From Antedon mediterranea (lineage: Eukaryota; Animalia; Echinodermata), in the NCBI RefSeq assembly GCF_964355755.1, contig NC_092670.1, positions 11,208,795-11,272,794 on the forward strand: a stretch of DNA of 64,000 nt, in the 5' to 3' direction. Below, piece after piece: positions 36,990 through 47,900 of the stretch. The notes beneath the pieces are model-generated. The model was not told where the DNA came from. It was given only the letters and a program-made list of their open reading frames with translations, and did not search any database. The first letter of the stretch is position 1. The number at the start of each line of letters is the position of its first letter. The position numbers and the translations under genes are program-made.

Positions 36990-37202
36990 TGTAGTGTCTA
37001 TAGACACGGCGACCGAGAGGTCAAAAGGTTGTAGAGCACATAAAGTGTGTGCGGTTTTGTTGTGCTGCGAGCACGCCATATCGATAATAAAGGCACCGTT
37101 GTTTGTGTTAAATAGAGTTAACCCGTCTCGTGTTATTACTACATTGTTATGACGACTAAGAGAGTAAGTGTATAGGAACTTACAGAGGTAACTAACTTTA
37201 CA
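36990..37202 (+). repeat. 5' LTR
   Basis: Reads identical to 41185-41397. Confidence 0.95.
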
Positions 37203-37227
37203 GTGGCGACGAGGATAAATTTATAGA

Positions 37228-38052
37228 ATGGCTTTTCAGGTAAGCCCAATTGCCGGTTTTGATACGACGGACAGCCAAGCCCTCGGACAACGTTGGGAAA
37301 AATGGCGGAAATCTTTTGAGTTGTACATAGTTGCAAGCAACGTCAAAAACAACCAGCAAAAGAAGGCTATATTATTACATACAGCAGGGGAAGGAGTACA
37401 GGAGTTATTTGAAACGTTAACAAAGGAAGATGACACTTATGAAAAAGCAATCGAAGCGCTAAATGCTTATTTTTTGCCGAAGAAAAATGTTGCATTTGAA
37501 AGGCATGTTTATCGACAAGCTGTGCAGGAGAACGGGGAAACGATGGACAGTTTTGCTACACGCCTGAAGAAATTGATAAAAACATGTGAGTACGAAACTG
37601 AACTAGAAAAAGATATGATAAGAGATCAAATAATTGAAAAGTGTAGATCAAAGAAGTTGAGAATTAGATTGCTTAGAGAGGAAAAATTAACATTAGACAA
37701 AGCGTTAGAAATAGCACGGGCACATGAGCTAGCGGACACGCAGGCACATCAAATGGAAGCTTCGAGATTACAGACCACGCAACAACAACAAGGTAGCGTC
37801 GAAGGCGCGTACGTGATTAGTCAAAACAACCGCCGCGAAGCAATTCGCGATAGTAACCGAAAAAAGTGGGCGGAGTCTAAGAAAAGTTACAGTAGTGCTT
37901 CGAGCTCGAGTGGAGGAGATAAGACGTGTTATCGTTGTGGCAAACCAGGTCACATAGCTAAAACTTGTAGTGTTGTGAATAACAAGAAATGTCATAATTG
38001 CGGAAAATCTGGACATTTTGCGGTAGTGTGCCAGTCAAAAAAAACCAAGTAA
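37228..38052 (+). CDS. gag: Gag with two CCHC zinc knuckles
   Basis: CYRCGKPGHIAKTC and CHNCGKSGHFAVVC; major-homology-like region QENGETMDSFATRLK. Confidence 0.93.
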   Translation: MAFQVSPIAGFDTTDSQALGQRWEKWRKSFELYIVASNVKNNQQKKAILLHTAGEGVQELFETLTKEDDTYEKAIEALNAYFLPKKNVAFERHVYRQAVQENGETMDSFATRLKKLIKTCEYETELEKDMIRDQIIEKCRSKKLRIRLLREEKLTLDKALEIARAHELADTQAHQMEASRLQTTQQQQGSVEGAYVISQNNRREAIRDSNRKKWAESKKSYSSASSSSGGDKTCYRCGKPGHIAKTCSVVNNKKCHNCGKSGHFAVVCQSKKTK

Positions 38053-41000
38053 TCACTCAAGAAAGTCTAAACCAAGAAAAGTGTATCAAACCACGACGAA
38101 CAGTAGTTCTGATAGTGATACTGATAACTCTGAGACTTTATTTGTTATAAAAACAAAAGATACTAAACCATTGTGTACTGTAAATGTTAAAGGTAAAGAT
38201 GTAAGGTGTTTGATTGATTCAGGAGCCAGTGTAAATATTATTAATTATGATATTGCTAGAGAATTAAACATAAAGATTAGGCCTAGCAAGATGAAAGTGT
38301 ATACTTATGGATCAAAAGAACCATTAAGAGTAAAAGGAGAGTTTGATGCCTATGTGCATTATGGAAAAAAAGGTATAAATACAACATTTGTGGTAATTGA
38401 TAATAAGGAATGTTGTACAATCCTTGGGTATAGAGGTGCAAGTGATCTTAACATATTAAAGATAGATATGTTGTGTAATGTCCAAGTCAATGACAAAAAT
38501 GATCAGTTGTTTAACGAATACAAGGATGTCTTTACCGGAGTTGGTAAATTAAAGAATTATGAATTAAAGATACATATTGATGATAAGGTACAGCCCATAG
38601 TTCAACCACAAAGAAGAATTCCTTTTAACTTAAGAAATGCAGTAGAAAGAAAGTTAAATGAGTTGTTAGATCATGACATAATAGAGCCGGTACAGGGTCC
38701 CACATCGTGGATATCATCACCAGTTTTTGTACCTAAGAAAAATAGTGATGATTTGAGAATGTGTATAGATATGCGTAGGGCAAATGAGGCCATAATGAGG
38801 GTTAGATATCCCATACCGACGATTGAAGAAGTTTTACATGACATGAATGGAGCCACACTATTCTCGAAAATAGATCTTAAATGGGGGTTCCACCAAATTG
38901 AACTGGATGATAAGTCACGTGACATAACTACATTCATAACACATTGTGGGTTATTTAGGTTTAAACGTCTCATGTTCGGTATTACAAGTGCCCCTGAAAT
39001 GTTCCAGCATATCATGGAACAAGTACTGGCGAAATGTAAAGGGGTAAAGGTAATTGCCGATGACATAGTGGTGTATGGTTGTAATCAGAAAGAGCATGAC
39101 GTAAATCTAAAGAATGTATTAAATACATTAAGAGAAAGAGGGTTAACGGCAAACTTGGACAAATGCAAGTTTGGTCTAGATAAGTTAGATTATATGGGAA
39201 ATGTATTGTCCAAAGATGGATTAGAGGTGTCTAAACAAAAAGTAGTTGCTGTGAAAGAAGCAAAGGTTCCGACAAATGTTGCGGAAGTTAGAAGTTTCTT
39301 AGGTTTGGTCGGGTATTGTGGAAGATATATAAATAATCTTTCAACAAGGGAAGAACCATTACGAAGATTAACACGGGCAAAACAACCCTGGGTCTGGGGT
39401 AAAGAACAAAATGATTCTTTAAATGACCTGAAGAATGCACTTACAAGTGCAGAAGCAATGGCATATTACAATAACAAGGCTAAAACACAAGTTATAACTG
39501 ATGCTAGCCCAGTTGGGGTAGGGGCAATTCTAGTACAAAAACAGGATGATGGCATGTTTAAGCCTGTGTTGTATGCCAGTAGATCGCTAACTGATGTCGA
39601 ACGGAGGTATTCCCAAACAGAAAAAGAGGCCCTGGGGATAGTTTGGGCATGTGAGAGGTTCCATTTGTATCTGTACGGAATTAAGTTTGATTTAATTACA
39701 GATCATAAACCGTTAGAGGTTATTTACTCAGCACGATCGAAACCATCAGCGAGAATAGAACGCTGGGTTTTAAGATTACAACGGTATACTTTTAGTGTTA
39801 TTTATAGACCAGGAAGGTTAAATGCTGCTGATGCCCTCTCAAGATTGCCACTTGTAGTAGAGTCTAAGAGAAATGTAGCTGAAGAGTATATATATTTTGT
39901 TGCAAAGAGTGCAACACCAATGGCCTTAACCACTAAAGAAATAGAACAAGTTTCAATGAAAGACGAAACAATGATATGCTTAAGGGAAGCAATCACTAAT
40001 AATAATTGGTCAAATCCAAAAGTAGAAAGCTTCAAACATGTAAGAACGGAGCTAGCAGTAATAGGGAAGTTGATTTTAAGGCAACATAGAATTGTAGTGC
40101 CAGAAGAGTTAAGGAAACAAGTATTGAATTTGGCACATGAGGGACACCAAGGCATAGTAAAATGTAAATCTAGATTAAGGACAAAGGTTTGGTGGCCTGG
40201 AATCGATAGAGAAATTGAGAATTATGTAAAAGTGTGTCAGGCTTGTCAGGTAGTCGATAGACAAAGTAGACCTGAACCAATGAAACCAACCGATCTGCCA
40301 CGGAAGCCATGGCAGCATATTGGTATTGATTTGTGTGGTCCGTTTCCTGGAGGGGAAAGCTTATTAGTAGCAGTGGACTATTATTCTAGATGGTTTGAGG
40401 TAGGTGTACTACACTCAACCACAGCAGGGAAAGTGATTGAGACCTTAGATAATTGGTTCACAACTCACGGATTACCAGAGATGATCGTGAGTGATAATGG
40501 TCCTCAGTTTAGAGGTGATGAGTTTAAGAGGTTCGTAAATGAGAACGGAATTTCTCACAGAAAAACTACACCTTATTCTCCTCAAGCAAACGGAGAAGTC
40601 GAAAGGCAGAATAAAACACTCCTAAAAGCTATTAGAGCAATGTCTGCCGAAGGGAAAGTGTGGAAGAGAGAGATTAATAAGTTTCTGTTGGCGTACAGAA
40701 CAACACCACACTGTGTTACTGGTGAAAGTCCAGCACAATTGATGTATGGTAGACAACTCAGGACCAAGTTGCCTGAGATGGGTAATGAAGGGAGAGACCC
40801 AAACGATGATGATATTAGAGTTAAGGATTATGAAAGTAAAGTAAAACAGAAGGAATATTGGGATAAAAGAAAGAAATCGAAAGAATCAGAAATTAAGAAA
40901 GGAGATAAAGTGTTTGTGAAACAGGATAAGAAAAATAAGTTGAGTACGACTTATGGAGAGATGCCATATAGTGTAATAGAAAAGAAGGGAAACAGTGTTC

Positions 41001-41110
41001 AGATCGAAAACGATGAAGGGGTACAGAAACGAAGAAATGTAAAAGACCTTAAAAAGATTGAGTTTGAAAAGGGTAATGAGAAAGTAAATGAATCTGATGT
41101 TACAGAGTAG
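38045..41110 (+). CDS. pol: Pol polyprotein (protease, RT, RNase H, integrase)
   Basis: LIDSGAS, LRMCIDMR, RLMFGI..AP, IADD, TDAS..G.GA, TDHKPL, H-x3-H...CQAC, SDNGPQF and NGEVER. The frame is open back to the A8 run at 38037-44. Confidence 0.95.
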   Translation, partial: PSNHSRKSKPRKVYQTTTNSSSDSDTDNSETLFVIKTKDTKPLCTVNVKGKDVRCLIDSGASVNIINYDIARELNIKIRPSKMKVYTYGSKEPLRVKGEFDAYVHYGKKGINTTFVVIDNKECCTILGYRGASDLNILKIDMLCNVQVNDKNDQLFNEYKDVFTGVGKLKNYELKIHIDDKVQPIVQPQRRIPFNLRNAVERKLNELLDHDIIEPVQGPTSWISSPVFVPKKNSDDLRMCIDMRRANEAIMRVRYPIPTIEEVLHDMNGATLFSKIDLKWGFHQIELDDKSRDITTFITHCGLFRFKRLMFGITSAPEMFQHIMEQVLAKCKGVKVIADDIVVYGCNQKEHDVNLKNVLNTLRERGLTANLDKCKFGLDKLDYMGNVLSKDGLEVSKQKVVAVKEAKVPTNVAEVRSFLGLVGYCGRYINNLSTREEPLRRLTRAKQPWVWGKEQNDSLNDLKNALTSAEAMAYYNNKAKTQVITDASPVGVGAILVQKQDDGMFKPVLYASRSLTDVERRYSQTEKEALGIVWACERFHLYLYGIKFDLITDHKPLEVIYSARSKPSARIERWVLRLQRYTFSVIYRPGRLNAADALSRLPLVVESKRNVAEEYIYFVAKSATPMALTTKEIEQVSMKDETMICLREAITNNNWSNPKVESFKHVRTELAVIGKLILRQHRIVVPEELRKQVLNLAHEGHQGIVKCKSRLRTKVWWPGIDREIENYVKVCQACQVVDRQSRPEPMKPTDLPRKPWQHIGIDLCGPFPGGESLLVAVDYYSRWFEVGVLHSTTAGKVIETLDNWFTTHGLPEMIVSDNGPQFRGDEFKRFVNENGISHRKTTPYSPQANGEVERQNKTLLKAIRAMSAEGKVWKREINKFLLAYRTTPHCVTGESPAQLMYGRQLRTKLPEMGNEGRDPNDDDIRVKDYESKVKQKEYWDKRKKSKESEIKKGDKVFVKQDKKNKLSTTYGEMPYSVIEKKGNSVQIENDEGVQKRRNVKDLKKIEFEKGNEKVNESDVTE

Positions 41111-41184
41111 AAGTTTATAGTTTTAATGTTATAGTTTTAATGTTAGTTAATTTTAGTTGTTATCTTAAATGAGAAAAGAAGGGA

Positions 41185-41397
41185 TGTAGTGTCTATAGAC
41201 ACGGCGACCGAGAGGTCAAAAGGTTGTAGAGCACATAAAGTGTGTGCGGTTTTGTTGTGCTGCGAGCACGCCATATCGATAATAAAGGCACCGTTGTTTG
41301 TGTTAAATAGAGTTAACCCGTCTCGTGTTATTACTACATTGTTATGACGACTAAGAGAGTAAGTGTATAGGAACTTACAGAGGTAACTAACTTTACA
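41185..41397 (+). repeat. 3' LTR
   Basis: Preceded by the PPT and followed by the TSD. Confidence 0.95.
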
Positions 41398-41453
41398 AAT
41401 ATAATAAACTTGATTTATAGTAATGACTTACTTTCTTTTTTGTTTCAACTTAG

Positions 41454-43709
41454 TTCAACCCAAAGGAGCCACTTAATCGTAGAAAAGGGATAATAAAAGA
41501 ATGGTGTATTTGTTCTACAGGATTTATACAAGGAATTTTCTGTTTGTTGGTTGCACTGGCCGCTATCATTATCTGTAGTCAGCTAATTTTTCCTTTTCCC
41601 AGTAAGTAGAATGTATATAAAAAACAATAACAATTTTGGGAAATTCATTCATATTTTTAATTTGGAATACCATGATTACATAATATATCCATAGCAGCAC
41701 AAGAATCTAAGAAATAATAAAGGAAAATGAAAAATTATCTGAGATGTAAATTTAAAAACATTATAGTTCAACTATATGATATTATAAAAGAAAAGAAGTT
41801 TCAAGTGTAATCTTTCATTTTTGTGGTTGAATACATTGAAACTCAAATGGTCACTTCCACAATTTTCTAAGAATTTTTTTGTTTTTTTAGGCTCAAAATG
41901 TTGTTCAATTTTGTTGTATTGAATTGCAATTATCAAAGTCGACTATTATGAATGTTGAAAGTTTTACTACAAAGTCGATATAAGGTCTTTATGGAATAAT
42001 ATTTCTTGTTAATTCCACAAATTGATATTAAGGAGCAAGCCTTATTAAATACTACTGTATGTTGTCTTTAATAAACTTTGAGTTTTTCATTAAATAAAGA
42101 GAAACAACTTTCAAAGATTACATTTTGGATAAAAAGACAATTGTATAAAATTAAATAATATCAGATATTTTCTTTTCAATCAAACTTTGTATTGTTTGTA
42201 GTTTTTCGAGACTGTGATGAAATTAAGCTAAAAAATCGAAATGCTCTTAGTAAAGATTATTTGATACAGCCACATGATGGAAGACCAGAGTTTACTGTGT
42301 ACTGTGACATGCAGAGGAAAGCTGGAGGCTGGACAGTAAGTATTGTCACTAATTTATCAGCGGGGAAAAATGTGCACAGAATTTTCATGGCTCCATATTC
42401 ATTGCAAATCTAATACAGCATTGTTACAGGCTATTATTCATTGGGAAAAAACAACATCACACAACAAGAATAATTTGCACAACATTTGTAAGAGCTACCA
42501 GAGGAAGTAGATTCATTAGATACAAGACCAACCACACTAAAGTTTGAAAACTGGCAAGAACAAAACAAAATAAAAATACATTTTAACAAATGTTTTCTAT
42601 AGTAATATTACTGGTAACGTTTTTTCCAGGTTTAAAGTAGTATATAGATTAGCTTACGATAGTATAAAACTAATTATTAAGTATCATCTGTTTATGGTTA
42701 TCATCAGGTGATACAAAGAAGAGAAGATAGATCAGTTGATTTCTACCGTAATTGGGCAGAATACAAAGATGGTTTTGGAAATGTGAACTCAAATTTCTGG
42801 CTTGGTAATGAACAGATCAACCGTATAACATCTGATGGCAGTTTTGAACTTCTAATAGAGATGACAGACCACTTAAATGTAATGAAGATTGCAAGATATT
42901 CTCACTTTCATATTGATGATGAGGAATCTAACTATGTTTTGACAATCAGTGGATACACAGGAACTGCAGGTTAGTATCTTCAATCAAACATAATTATTTC
43001 AAAACAAACAAAAGTTTAAAATAATTTATTTTTGGCTGAGGTGGCAAGATAGTGGATGTAATAATGGATTGCGATATAAATATACTAGTACAGTAATTCA
43101 ATACATTTAGCTGGTGCTTGATTTTTTACTTTTACAAACAAAATATAATATATTTAAATAAACAGACCAACCCAAAAATTAGTTGAAGTTGACAGTATAA
43201 TCAAATAAGTATAATATATATTATTAAAAGCATTTTAAACCAAAGTATCATCTTTGTAAAAAGTGTACGTTACAATTTAAGGAAAACAAGAATTCACTAT
43301 TTACAGTTTAGTGAAGAAACAAATTGAAATAATTTACAAATGGTATATTATGGTTTCCAACATGTATCTTAATTACCATGCTCTATACAAAATAAAAGAA
43401 AATTAATTTACTTTTAATATAAGATTACTAAAACTCAAGATGATATGTTTTGTTTGTTTAGGTGATTCTTTGGCATCCCACAATGGTCAACAATTTTCAA
43501 CCAAAGACAGAGACAATGATAAGAACAGTGCTAACTGTGCTGAGGCATGCAAAGGTGGTTGGTGGTACAATAACTGTGCTTCTTCAAACCTGAATGGGCT
43601 TTACCTTACACCAGGTACAGATGATAGTAAAGGCATCAGCTGGTATCATTTCTATAATAATAACAACAGTCTCAAGAAGACAGTGATGATGGTTAAAAGA
43701 GCACCATAA
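41454..43709 (+). CDS. FReD gene D; exons ~41454/41521-41601, 42202-42335, 42708-42969, 43462-43709; start codon unresolved
   Basis: Hydrophobic GIFCLLVALAAIIICSQ splices in phase 1 to FRDCDEIK...VYCDM...GGWT. Exons 3 and 4 are intact. The nearby ATG (41501) is out of frame. Confidence 0.75.
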
Positions 43710-44913
43710 GAGAGTTTTCAAGATTGTATATTGTATTGTATGATATTATTGTTATTTGATTCCCGAACTTCAAAATCACTAACAAGTTGTTGCCGTTCTG
43801 GAAGGAATATTGTAATGTGGTGAATATTCCTTGTAATATTACTAGGTCGCAGATACACAAAAGTTATGGCACACCACTTTGAAACAATCACGACCCTTTC
43901 AGATAGTAAACCTTATCGGAAATTTGTTTTTTAAGGGCTTTTAAGAACATGCACAACATAAATTTAATGTTTTATGTTTCAAACCTGTTAGTGGCGGTAT
44001 TTATCGCTGTTGGTTTTGACTGAATAAAATAAAAAAATAAAAAAATAACTATAAACTAAAGGGTTCTATTGGTTTGCTCACTTTACCGTCTTTCTTATAG
44101 AAAGTTATTTTTATTTTTATTTTTTATTTAATCGGTTTAAAAAGACTCAAAATACAACTCATAGTTGAAATGAAGAGCTTACAAATGAAAATGATAATTC
44201 ACATAAAACAAAGTTAAACAAAGAAAAAACACATTAAGGCCTATGATACAGTAACAATTACTGTATAATTCATTAAACTTAAAATGACCATAAAAATTGC
44301 ACAAAGATCAAAAGATAAGATGCTTTGGAGTAAGTCTCTCATATATATGACATATTGATTGACAAATAAAATGATAAAAAATCTTCTTATGTTAATGTTG
44401 CACATCAATAACTATGCTGCCACCATGATTCACTGTGCTGTTCGTGTTTCTGTGACGTCGTCTGGCAGCGGCGCACATAATTTGCTATTACTTTACAAAT
44501 TTTAAAATGCATCTGCCCAATTTGAAGACAACTATTTTATCTGCCACAACCGTCAATGGCAAAGTGATCATCTGATACGTGGAATTACAAACTATTACAA
44601 CTATTTTATCTGCCAACCGTCTGATACGTACAAACTATAATTGTATACACTCCATTGGTTGAAATACAAATTATACTAATTACTGCATAATATAGAAAAA
44701 TTCCTACACAAGATGGGCAAAGTGCTGTTATATTAGTCTACCATAGAGAAAATAGTTGAAGGCTAGACAAAAATCAAGTTTGTGGGGTTTTTCTGTGACT
44801 GTTGCAAATGAAATCGAAAAGAAAATGTATACTGTTATATTTATAAAATCATAGAAACAGCAAAACATTGATGAGTAGCCTTCAACTATTATATGTATGG
44901 TCTTGACACTTAC

Positions 44914-47900
44914 TTGAATTAGTGACGTCTTGCCACATCCTGGTTGGCCAGTTAAAATCACATGATAGTTGGACGACACAAGTAAATCAATCAGGTTGAA
45001 ATATCGTTCAATCTGTAAAACAAAAACAAAAAATTGGATGAATAGTTTTAAAAGAGTTAATATTTTTTTTTGTTTGGAAAGGTGCAGAGTAGTCAGTATT
45101 CGGAATGAATGTTTAAAACTCAGAAAGCAGTTAACATTTTAGTTACAGTATTAATGGTATTATTCATTTATGTTTAAATTTTTTTTAACACAGCATCTTT
45201 TCTTGAGTTGTGTATCACAATCACTAAACCTCAAAGAAAAAATTTTTAAGCATACCTCAGGAATAATAGTGTAGTTTGAGGGCAGGGTTTTCACTTTTTC
45301 AGAAACTTGATCACTGATGTCATGTACAACAGCTTGACTTGAGTCTATACACCAATTGAACACACTCCCACTGCTAGGTATATAGATAGTGTGTGTTGTC
45401 TTGCTCATAAGATTTCTAACATATACGTCAAATTTATCTGCACAACTATGAAGAAATTATATATAAAAATTAGATGAAGAATACAATTTACAATATGAAC
45501 TTTAGCACTCATAAAATTAACATAATAGTTTGGAACAATTTGATCAAAAACATCATCAAATACTTCCCACTATTCTAAAATTGATGCACTCAATATTAAG
45601 CAATCTCATATTTATGGTGAGATACGTGCTTGCCATGCAAATGATATTTTGTTGAGAAACATACTACTGTATATTCCTGCTGTAGTTAGATAACATAATA
45701 CAGGCTTGTAAATAGCCTGTAATTAAACAAAACAAAATCCAACTAGGCCCAACCTGCTGCTAAGATGACCACCAAATGCCCATATGTAAGCGTACACAAA
45801 CATTGTAGATACTTGTCTGATTTGAGTAAGCTTTGCGACTGATAAATCTGAGGAAACATTGCTGGCCTGAGGTGATGGCTTGTTATCTATAGTAGTTGAA
45901 AAAAAAACAGTACAGTTAAAGTATATACAGGTGAGAGGGCGCGACAGACGACCAAACTATGTCAAGCTAATTCATTGTGCACATGCAGAGATATTGTGAC
46001 GTGTGTCTATTGATTGATCTGTTCATTGTTCTGGTTCGTAGCAAATCAATAGCGAAATTGTAGGAACTGCACCAGAATTACTGCGGTAAAAAAAACAGAA
46101 AGTTTGAAGTTTACTAATTGCAGTCTACTACTGTAGTATTTTTTAAAAAATCCTGAAAACTCTCTGTTCGATTTTATTCGAATTATACTATATTGCGATT
46201 ACTGACAAAATTAGAATAAAGTATTTATACCAGCACTTGATCCCGGTGAAAATACATCTTCATTGATTAAGAGGAGCCTATCACAGAGAGCAGACATGAT
46301 GCGGATGAAGGAAGCCACTTCCTGAACACCACTAGCAACCTTATTATTTGTTTTTACTTCACTTTGAAGATTTGCCATCAAAGCTGGTGTACATTGTTCA
46401 GTAATGAATTCAATTGTTGACGGGAACAAATCATTAATATGCACTTTTAACAGTTGAAGACTGAAAACAGAAAATTAAAGTGTTATATTAAATATTAGCT
46501 GATCAACTAATCATAGAAAAATTCAAAATCAACTTGAAATTAATACATTGTCATCCAGACATAATTATCTGTTCTCAATTATTCAATAAATTCTTTTTAT
46601 TATTATTATTTAACAAATCCAGATGTGTTAACTAGACCCTTCAGTTTTAAGTCTTTATCCAAGAAGACTTGTTCTAGCACCAGAAATATGGTCAAGGAGA
46701 GTCTTGAATCCATGCCAATTGAACAGCTAATAGTCGAATCCTTGCCTTAACCACTTGGCCAATCGATATAAAACAATAACCCTAGTAATTTGATACTTTA
46801 TAGTTTATGGCAATGTAATCAAAATGAATACAAATCTAATATCATAATTAATCTATATAATTATGAACGACATTTGTTTACCAATCATTGGAAAGTTCCC
46901 AATGAGATTTAGCTTCTCCAAGCCACGAGTCGATCATAGATCTCCACTGGACAATGTCCATTCCGAAATGTACAATAGAACAGCAAGCGACCGTTGCAGG
47001 TGATGCTGTAGACAGGTCTGTAGTTTCAAACAAAATAGATGTGGAATCTACAAAAGAAAAAATGAAGGAAAAAATGTAATAACAGAAGTATAATTATTAT
47101 AAAATTATTAACGAATCAATGTCTGCAACAATACAGAGTATTGTGTCTACCATGATCAGCCAATCACAGTCCTGTCAAAATTACTCAGTAGGTATAACAG
47201 TCCTCAAGATTTCACTGGATTTTATGTCAATGACGGGGACACAAAAATTACACTCAAATTACTCAGTATCTATAACATATTTTGAGGTTTCACTGAATTT
47301 TAAATATACAATGACAGGGACAGGAGAATTATATGAAAATACTCAGTAGATAAACATCTCCTTGGGAGATACAACTTTTATGATCTTCGAAATGGTGATG
47401 CCAAGTCGACCAATTTCATTCACATGTTTAGATAGGCTATGTAATATTATAGGTAAAAACTAATGAAAACATTATTGGAAACCTACCACTTCTGTTCATA
47501 GCTATCCCATTTCCTAAATTGATTGTTCCATTTTCCGTGAGTATTGCATTTAGACTTTCAGACCACTCTGGGTCAATGGAACCATCCATTATAATCCAGG
47601 TATCAATGATACTTGGTGGGTTAAGTAAACCTTTAACTTTTTTATTTTCATTCTTTTCTTTGGAAGTCAGTATTTTGGCACTTTCATAAGTGGTGGAGCT
47701 GTCACGAAGTGATTTTGTGAACACACCATCTTTCCAACACTGCCTCTCAATATCATAGCTTCCAAGCATCTAAAACAAATTAAGAAGATAAAGTTAAGAG
47801 GTTGCTCATAGCTACGGCGCATGGAATATTTCATTTTCCTTTTGAGGGGAATAATGGCATATGTAGTTTATGTCGTTATCTTACGAAATAGACTACATTT

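Larger units (their letters stand above)
36990..41397 (+). mobile_element. Full-length Ty3/Gypsy (Mag-like) LTR retrotransposon
   Basis: 213-bp TG...CA LTRs and a 5-bp TSD aatat (36985-89, 41398-402). PBS tggcgacgaggat at 37204 matches the tRNA-Ser(GCU) 3' end. PPT gagaaaagaaggga at 41171-84. Domain order PR-RT-RH-IN. Confidence 0.97.

Noticed and set aside
37139-40767. Minus-strand ORFs over gag/pol (and similar ones over the Sola2 transposase and dynein exons)
   Set aside because: Antisense shadows of real coding sequence with no recognisable motifs.
46700-46765. tRNA gene
   Set aside because: A/B boxes are present but no convincing cloverleaf; a SINE-like body and tail follow.
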